Shown piece after piece: positions 58,483-64,000 of a DNA stretch of 64,000 bases (positions are counted from its first letter, which is position 1; the number at the start of each line of letters is the position of its first letter). Position numbers and translations under genes: made by a program. Under the pieces are notes generated by a model that searched no databases, had not been told where the DNA came from, and saw nothing but the letters and a program-made list of their open reading frames with translations. The stretch comes from Longimicrobiales bacterium (GTDB lineage Bacteria; Gemmatimonadota; Gemmatimonadetes; Longimicrobiales; Gaopeijiaceae), in assembly GCA_963664435.2 (NCBI GenBank), contig CAXXKM010000003.1:992001-1056000 (forward strand), given 5' to 3'.

Positions 58483-59540
58483 TGAGCCGGGGCGGGCTCG
58501 CGGTGCTGGTGGCACTGGGGGCACTGGCGGTCGCCTGCGGGGATGGATCCGCCCCCGAAGGCTCATCCGCGGCAGACGGAACCGCTGCCGGAGCGGAAAC
58601 CGGCCCGCCCCCGATCGAATCCACGCAGACCGCGACCGGCGACCCCTCCGGCCTCGCGGCGCGCGTGTCAGCCCGGCTGGATGCCCTCCCGGCCCGCACC
58701 TCGCTCTACGCCCGGCATCTGCCCAGCGGTCGCGAGATCGCCATCCGCGCCGACGAGCCGATGAACGCGCTCAGCGTAATCAAGATCCCGGTCATGGTGC
58801 TCGCGTACCGCGACGCGGAGGCGGGCAGGCTCGACCTCGACGAGCGCTACCGCATCCGGTCCGAGGATCTGCGCCGGGGCAGCGGCCTGCTCCAGACCTT
58901 CGCGCCCGAACTGGAGCCGACCTGGCGCGACCTGGTGACCCAGATGATCGTCACCAGCGACAACACCGCCACGGACATCATGATCGCGCGCCTCGGCCGG
59001 GAGCGGGTCAACGAAATGCTGTCGGAGTTCGGGTACGAGCAGACCCGCCTGCGCGCCACCACCGGCGATCTCTTCCGGCGCGTGTGGGTTATGGCCGACC
59101 CCGCCAACGAGGCGCTGTCGCACCGCGAGGTCTTCGAGCGCGGCTTCCCCTCCGACCCGGAGGCATCCGGGCGCACCTTCCGCTTCGAGGGCGACCCGGA
59201 GGAGTGGCTGGGGCGCATCACCGCCCGCGAGATCGCCGGCCTGCTCGCGCAGATCCACAACGGGGAGATGGCGTCGCGCGCGTCGAGCGACGAGATGATC
59301 CGCATCCTGGAGCGCCAGTTCTACAGCACGCGCCTCCCGCGCTACATCCGTTTCCGCGCCTCCGTGGCCCACAAGACAGGCGATTGGCCGCCCTACGCGG
59401 GCAACGATGTCGGGATCATGTACTACGAAGGCGGGCCCACCGTGATCGCGGTCTTCACCAACCAGAACACGGGCGACTTCGTCGAGCTGGAGTCGACGCT
59501 GGGCCGCATCGCCGAGGACCTCGTCAACAGCTGGCGATAG
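58482..59540 (+). CDS. Class A beta-lactamase-like serine hydrolase lipoprotein
   Basis: Lipobox AVAC; SVIK, SDN and KTG motifs; TGATG overlap with the CDGSH gene. Confidence 0.88.
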   Translation: MSRGGLAVLVALGALAVACGDGSAPEGSSAADGTAAGAETGPPPIESTQTATGDPSGLAARVSARLDALPARTSLYARHLPSGREIAIRADEPMNALSVIKIPVMVLAYRDAEAGRLDLDERYRIRSEDLRRGSGLLQTFAPELEPTWRDLVTQMIVTSDNTATDIMIARLGRERVNEMLSEFGYEQTRLRATTGDLFRRVWVMADPANEALSHREVFERGFPSDPEASGRTFRFEGDPEEWLGRITAREIAGLLAQIHNGEMASRASSDEMIRILERQFYSTRLPRYIRFRASVAHKTGDWPPYAGNDVGIMYYEGGPTVIAVFTNQNTGDFVELESTLGRIAEDLVNSWR

Positions 59541-59569
59541 CGGAGCCGCCAACCCTGCGCGACAGGCGT

Positions 59570-59609
59570 ACCCACTACCGGTAGGGGCATCCCACGACCG
59601 GTAGTGGGT
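59570..59609. terminator. Perfect 13-bp inverted repeat (terminator or REP-like)
   Basis: ACCCACTACCGGT-N14-ACCGGTAGTGGGT, downstream of the serine hydrolase. Confidence 0.55.
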
Positions 59610-59644
59610 GTCGGGGCTCATTTGCAGCTGGAAAGCACGCTCCC

Positions 59645-59700
59645 TTGACTCGCCCGGACGCGTCCCCTACTGTTGCATCTGTAGTACATGACTACAACAG
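59645..59700 (+). promoter_or_regulatory. Sigma70 promoter plus palindromic GntR/YtrA-type operator
   Basis: TTGACT-N17-TACTGT; TGTAGT-ACATG-ACTACA at 59680-59696. Confidence 0.75.
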
Positions 59701-59710
59701 TTGAGGCGCC

Positions 59711-60115
59711 ATGAAGATCCGACTCAGCCAGGCCGACGGCAGACCGCTGTACGTCCAGATCATGGACGCGGTGCGCAGCGGTCTCGTTCGGGGAAGCCTT
59801 CGTCCCGAGGATCCGCTCCCGTCGGTGCGCGACCTCTCGTCGAGTCTCCGCGTGAATCCCCGGACCGTATCACAGGCGTATGCGGCGCTCGAGCGCGACG
59901 GCGTGGTACAGGTTCGGCACGGAAAGGGCACGTTCGTTGCGCCGGGGGTGCGGCCGGAAGAGACGGAGCGGCCGCGCCTCGCGCGGGAGGTGGCGAGGCG
60001 GGCCCTGGCCGATGCCTCGCGGAACGGACTCGGGCTGGCCGATCTGATGACGGCGCTGCGGGAGGTGGAAGGTGGAGGCGTTCACGGAGACGGAAGCAAG
60101 GAGGATGGACGATGA
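59711..60115 (+). CDS. GntR (YtrA subfamily) regulator
   Basis: PLYVQI, LPSVRDLS, VNPRTVSQAY and GKGTFV; short C-terminus; precedes an ABC transporter. Confidence 0.92.
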   Translation: MKIRLSQADGRPLYVQIMDAVRSGLVRGSLRPEDPLPSVRDLSSSLRVNPRTVSQAYAALERDGVVQVRHGKGTFVAPGVRPEETERPRLAREVARRALADASRNGLGLADLMTALREVEGGGVHGDGSKEDGR

Positions 60116-61050
60116 CGAACAGGGCGGCGGCGCTTCCCATCGACCTCGGGAATGGCCCATTCGCGGTCTCGACACGAGGGCTGGCCAGGCGGTTCGGCTC
60201 TACCCGGGCTCTGGACGGCCTGGATCTGCAGGTTCCCGAAGGGGCCGTATACGTGCTCGTGGGCCCCAACGGTGCCGGCAAGACCACGCTGATTCGGACC
60301 CTCATGGGTCTCGTGCGATACCAGGCCGGCACGGTCAGCGTCCTGGGGCGGGACCCGTCCGACCGGGGAGCCGAAGTGCGCGCGGGCATCGGCTACGTGC
60401 CGGAGGACTACCGGGTCGGCTACGCCTGGATGACGGTGGGCCGACTGCTGGAGCACCAGGCGGTCTACAACCCATCCTGGGACGCGGAATACGCCCGCGA
60501 ATTGAGGGCCAGGTACGCGATCGATCCCGGACGCAAGTGTCACGCGCTGTCCAAGGGCCAGAGCCGACGCGTGCAGCTCGTCCTCGCGCTGGCGCACAGG
60601 CCGCCGCTGCTCCTGCTGGACGAACCGACGGACGGTCTGGACCACGTGGTGCGCGACGATACCCTGAGCATCCTGAGCGAACACCTCGCCGATTCTCCGA
60701 CCACCGTTGTGATCTCCACGCACAGGGTCTACGAGGTCGAGTCCCTGGTGGATCACGTGGGCGTGCTGTCGGAGGGACGACTCCTGGGCCAGCTGCCGCG
60801 CGACGAATTGTACGGGGGCTTGTTGCGTTACTGGGCGGATGTCCCCGAAGGCTGGAGGGGACCTGGCGAGTTGGCAGGCTGGGTGGTCAAGCGCAGCGAC
60901 GCGGCCCGCGGGATCGAATGGACCGTGTGGGGCGACCGCAACGCCGTTACGCGCGAGCTGTCCCAGGCGGGCGCGGAGGTTCGTGAGGTCGTCCCCTTGT
61001 CGGTGGACGAAGCAGCGGTGGCATTACTCTCCGGAAGGGAGGCAACATGA
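60112..61050 (+). CDS. ABC transporter ATP-binding protein
   Basis: GPNGAGKTT, LSKGQ and LLLLDEPTDGLD. Confidence 0.94.
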   Translation: MTNRAAALPIDLGNGPFAVSTRGLARRFGSTRALDGLDLQVPEGAVYVLVGPNGAGKTTLIRTLMGLVRYQAGTVSVLGRDPSDRGAEVRAGIGYVPEDYRVGYAWMTVGRLLEHQAVYNPSWDAEYARELRARYAIDPGRKCHALSKGQSRRVQLVLALAHRPPLLLLDEPTDGLDHVVRDDTLSILSEHLADSPTTVVISTHRVYEVESLVDHVGVLSEGRLLGQLPRDELYGGLLRYWADVPEGWRGPGELAGWVVKRSDAARGIEWTVWGDRNAVTRELSQAGAEVREVVPLSVDEAAVALLSGREAT

Positions 61051-61931
61051 CGGATTCAATGGCAGGCCGCATACCCGCGATGAAGGCGGTGTGGATCGAA
61101 CAACTTCGCGTGGTCGGGCTCGCCATCCGCCGCGAGGGTGCCCTGGCAGCCCTGGTACTGGGGCTCGGCTCGGTGGCTCTCATTGCCTTCAGCCGAATGC
61201 CGGTCCTGCAGGCAATGCTCGATGCCGAGATGGGCGAGCTCGTCCTGGATCCCGGCGAGCCCCCCTGGGGATTCTTCGCCGTGCTCGCCGGACTGCTCCT
61301 CCCCCTCGTGGTGTGGAAGGGCGAGCGCCGGTTCGGCGACACCCCGCTGTGGTCGCTGCCCGTCGATCACCGGAGGCACGCGCTCCTCAAGGTGGCGGCC
61401 GGATGGGTCTGGCTCCTGGCGATCCTGGGTGTGGCCCTCGGGTGGGTCACGCTCACGACGTTGGCGAGCGGCGGGACCATGGGCGTCGACGAAGTTCGGG
61501 TCCTCATCGTCGATCCGGTTGGAGCCGCCGAGGGCACGCCCGGCGCCACGGAATCGGTGAGCTGGACCACCCCGTGGTGGGAGTGGGCACTCCCCTTCAC
61601 GTCGGCCACCGCCGCCTACCTGCTGGCCAGCACCCTGATGCTCGCCACGGCGCGCCCGCTGTTCTGGGCCGTCGGGCTGTGGGTCGCGGGCGCGGTCTTG
61701 GTGGCCGTCGGCGATAAGTGGGACATCGGCTGGATTCAGCGGACCACCGAGTTCGTTGCCTGGTACGCCGGTGGGGATTCGTTCACACGGGGGATGCAGC
61801 TGCCGATCGGTGGGAGAGAGGTGTGGACGCTCCTGCCGACCATGCAGATGTGGATGGCATCGTCCGCGTTCTGGATCGGCCTGGGGCTGGTGGGAGTGCT
61901 GGGGGCGTCAGGCCGAGCGCGGAATCACTGA
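61047..61931 (+). CDS. Putative ABC permease
   Basis: About 6 TM segments, WSLPV motif, ATGA overlap with the ATPase gene. Confidence 0.75.
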   Translation: MTDSMAGRIPAMKAVWIEQLRVVGLAIRREGALAALVLGLGSVALIAFSRMPVLQAMLDAEMGELVLDPGEPPWGFFAVLAGLLLPLVVWKGERRFGDTPLWSLPVDHRRHALLKVAAGWVWLLAILGVALGWVTLTTLASGGTMGVDEVRVLIVDPVGAAEGTPGATESVSWTTPWWEWALPFTSATAAYLLASTLMLATARPLFWAVGLWVAGAVLVAVGDKWDIGWIQRTTEFVAWYAGGDSFTRGMQLPIGGREVWTLLPTMQMWMASSAFWIGLGLVGVLGASGRARNH

Positions 61932-62770
61932 CCCGGGATCCCTTGCAGCACCTTGCGGACACTCGGGCTCGCATCTCTCAGAAGGCGCTTCCGGTATGCG
62001 TCGCCGTCCGGATCATCCGGGTAGTGCAGGCCGGATCCGGCCGCAAGCAGCATCTCGACCAGCTCCACGTATGCGTCCTGGCGCTCCTCGGCGCCGCCGG
62101 AATACCGGGAACCGTGGACGGCCCAGTGCAAGGGAGAGGATTCGTGAATGTCGTCGAAGACATCGACCGGCGCGCCGGCATCGAGCAGCAGGCGCGCGTT
62201 TCGGGGTTGGCCGAACCAGGCGGACTGATGGAGTGGGGTGCCGGAGTCGAGACCCCTTGCTGTCAGGTCCGCCCCAGCCTGGATCAGCAGCTTCACGGGC
62301 TCCCGGTCGGTGCGGCCGGCTACATCCGCCAGCAGCCGGTCTTCCTCGGGGTTGCCGGTTCGGGCTACGCCAGGATTGTCTTTGAGGATCGCCCGCGCCT
62401 CGTCGAGACGTCCGTTGACGATCGCCACCGCGAAACGGTCGGCTTCGTTCAACCCGGTGTCGGCGCCGCGGTTCACGAGCAGGTTCGCGACTTCGTCAAA
62501 CCCTCTCCTGACGGCGTGCGCGTATGCGGTCTTGCCCCCCGCCGTCCCGGCTTCGATCCCGGCCCCGTGGTCGAGGAGGACGTCTACGGCTCGGAGACGC
62601 CGTCGCCGGGTGGCTACGTGAAGCGGCGTTTCCGCGTACACCCCGCTGCGCACGTTGGGATCGGCCCCCCCGGCGAGCATCCGACGCAGTACCTCGTCGC
62701 CATCCGCCCCGTAATGGAAGTCCAGAAGCCAGAACAGCGCCCGCTCCATCGCCCCCGGCGTTTCGTTCAT
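61925..62770 (-). CDS. Ankyrin-repeat protein
   Basis: ETPLHVA, GKTAYAHA, GTPLHQSA, SPLHWA and LLxAGA repeats. Confidence 0.9.
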   Translation of the reverse strand: MNETPGAMERALFWLLDFHYGADGDEVLRRMLAGGADPNVRSGVYAETPLHVATRRRRLRAVDVLLDHGAGIEAGTAGGKTAYAHAVRRGFDEVANLLVNRGADTGLNEADRFAVAIVNGRLDEARAILKDNPGVARTGNPEEDRLLADVAGRTDREPVKLLIQAGADLTARGLDSGTPLHQSAWFGQPRNARLLLDAGAPVDVFDDIHESSPLHWAVHGSRYSGGAEERQDAYVELVEMLLAAGSGLHYPDDPDGDAYRKRLLRDASPSVRKVLQGIPGQ

Positions 62771-62858
62771 CCGATGGTTCGTCCTCGATGCGATTCCGGG
62801 CCGGACGGGCGCACGCGCGCCGTAGCCCTCACCGCTGCTCGCTGGCCCTGACCCTCAC
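62767..62858 (-). other. Two chained mini-ORFs (62829-62858, 62767-62832) linking the kdgK stop to the ankyrin start
   Basis: GTGA, GTGA and ATGA overlaps; 13-bp repeat CCCTCACCGCTGC at 62826 and 62852. Confidence 0.55.
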
Positions 62859-63892
62859 CGCTGCACGCGACCGCTGCCACCCCCCTTCATCAGCCCCTCG
62901 ACCTCCGTTACGCCCACCCGGTGGAAATCGCCGGGGACCGAGTGCTTCAGGCAGCCGGCCGCCGTCGCGAACTCCAATGCCCGCCGGTCGTCCGCATGGA
63001 TCGCGAGACCGTAGATGAACCCCGCTGCGAACGCATCCCCGGTCCCGACTCGGTCGACGATGTCCGGCACCTCGTATCTGCGGCTGACCATGAAGTTTCG
63101 CCCGTCGTGCAGGCAGGCGCCCCAGGTGTTGTGGTCGGCGCTCCGGCTCTCGCGCAGGGTGATGACCTGCTTCTCCAGGTTCGGAAAGGCGGCCAGCACG
63201 CGCTCGGCCAACACCCGGTAGCGCTCGCGGTCGAGTGCGCCGGCCTCGACATCCACGCTCGACTCGATCCCGAGCGACCGCTGGCAGTCCTCCTCGTTGG
63301 CGATGCCGATCTGCACGTGCTCCACCAGCTCGCGCATCACCTCCGGGGCGGGCCTCCCGTACCTCCAGAGCTTCTTCCGATAGTTGTAGTCGCACGACAC
63401 CGTCACGCCCAGCGTCCGCGCCTGCCGCACCGCCTCCAGGGAGAGCTCGGCGGCCGAGGCGCTGAGCGCCGGCGTGATGCCGGTGATGTGGAACCAGTCC
63501 GCACCCTCGAAGACGGCGTCCCAGTCGAAGTCGCCCGGACGGGCGCTGGCGATGGACGAATTGGCGCGGTCGTAGACCACCCGGCCGGGCCGCTGATTCG
63601 CCCCCGTCTCCAGGTAGTAGATGCCCATGCGCGCACCCTCCCGCCGGATGAGCCGGGTATCCACGCCGAACCGGCGCAGCTCGCCGATGGCCGCGTCGCC
63701 GATCGGGTTGGCGGGCAGGACCGTGCAGAAGGCGGCGTCCAGCCCGAAGTTGGCGAGCGATACCGCCACGTTGCTCTCGGCACCCCCGAAGGTCGCCTCG
63801 AGACGCGGGCTCTGGAGCAGCCGCTCGCGCCCCGGGGCCCGGAGCCGCAGCATGAGTTCGCCGAAGGTCACGATGCGCATCGGTGACGTCAT
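62855..63892 (-). CDS. kdgK: 2-keto-3-deoxygluconate kinase (PfkB family)
   Basis: [34 protein letters not shown] and DRVGTGDAF. Confidence 0.88.
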   Translation of the reverse strand: MTSPMRIVTFGELMLRLRAPGRERLLQSPRLEATFGGAESNVAVSLANFGLDAAFCTVLPANPIGDAAIGELRRFGVDTRLIRREGARMGIYYLETGANQRPGRVVYDRANSSIASARPGDFDWDAVFEGADWFHITGITPALSASAAELSLEAVRQARTLGVTVSCDYNYRKKLWRYGRPAPEVMRELVEHVQIGIANEEDCQRSLGIESSVDVEAGALDRERYRVLAERVLAAFPNLEKQVITLRESRSADHNTWGACLHDGRNFMVSRRYEVPDIVDRVGTGDAFAAGFIYGLAIHADDRRALEFATAAGCLKHSVPGDFHRVGVTEVEGLMKGGGSGRVQR

Positions 63893-64000
63893 GGTCGTTC
63901 TCCCCGGACGACGGCTGCGGTCCTCGCGGCCTCGTCCCGGATCCGGCCGAAGGCGCCCTGGTCGATCCACGCGGCCGGCGCGAGCCAGGAGCCGCCGCAG
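63889..64000 (-). CDS. eda: KDPG/KHG aldolase, C-terminal fragment (runs off window)
   Basis: CGGSWLAP...[11 protein letters not shown]-terminus; ATGA overlap with kdgK. Confidence 0.7.
   Translation of the reverse strand, partial: CGGSWLAPAAWIDQGAFGRIRDEAARTAAVVRGERP

Overview
This is a very GC-rich bacterial chromosomal segment densely packed with genes. The gene content (DUF5916, DUF2911, NHL, ankyrin and PQQ proteins, many secreted hydrolases) resembles Gemmatimonadota, but this is an inference only. Housekeeping genes are upp, pcm, site-2 protease-scpA-scpB-rluB, rpsT, pyrR-pyrB-pyrC, tadA, gltX, ispG and eda-kdgK. There are two RND efflux operons, two PQQ dehydrogenases and a YtrA-type GntR-ABC operon with a clear promoter and operator. 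No tRNA, rRNA, CRISPR array, transposase or integrase was recognised. Six observations stand out. (1) Mini-ORFs repeatedly bridge co-directional genes with exact stop/start overlaps at both ends, often built from tandem duplications of the gene junction, suggesting a translational-coupling relay. (2) A RuBisCO-like protein-cupin-mtnA operon matches the Rhodospirillum rubrum MTA-isoprenoid shunt. (3) Two related AT-rich motifs with stop codons in all six frames sit at convergent gene ends and share an inverted 16-bp core. (4) A LexA homologue lacks all autocleavage residues and is divergent from an RND operon. (5) A disulfide-less PQQ enzyme carries a DxD (lanthanide-type) motif and is coupled to a dihaem cytochrome c. 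(6) A cytochrome-c-like lipoprotein has CxxHH in place of CxxCH.
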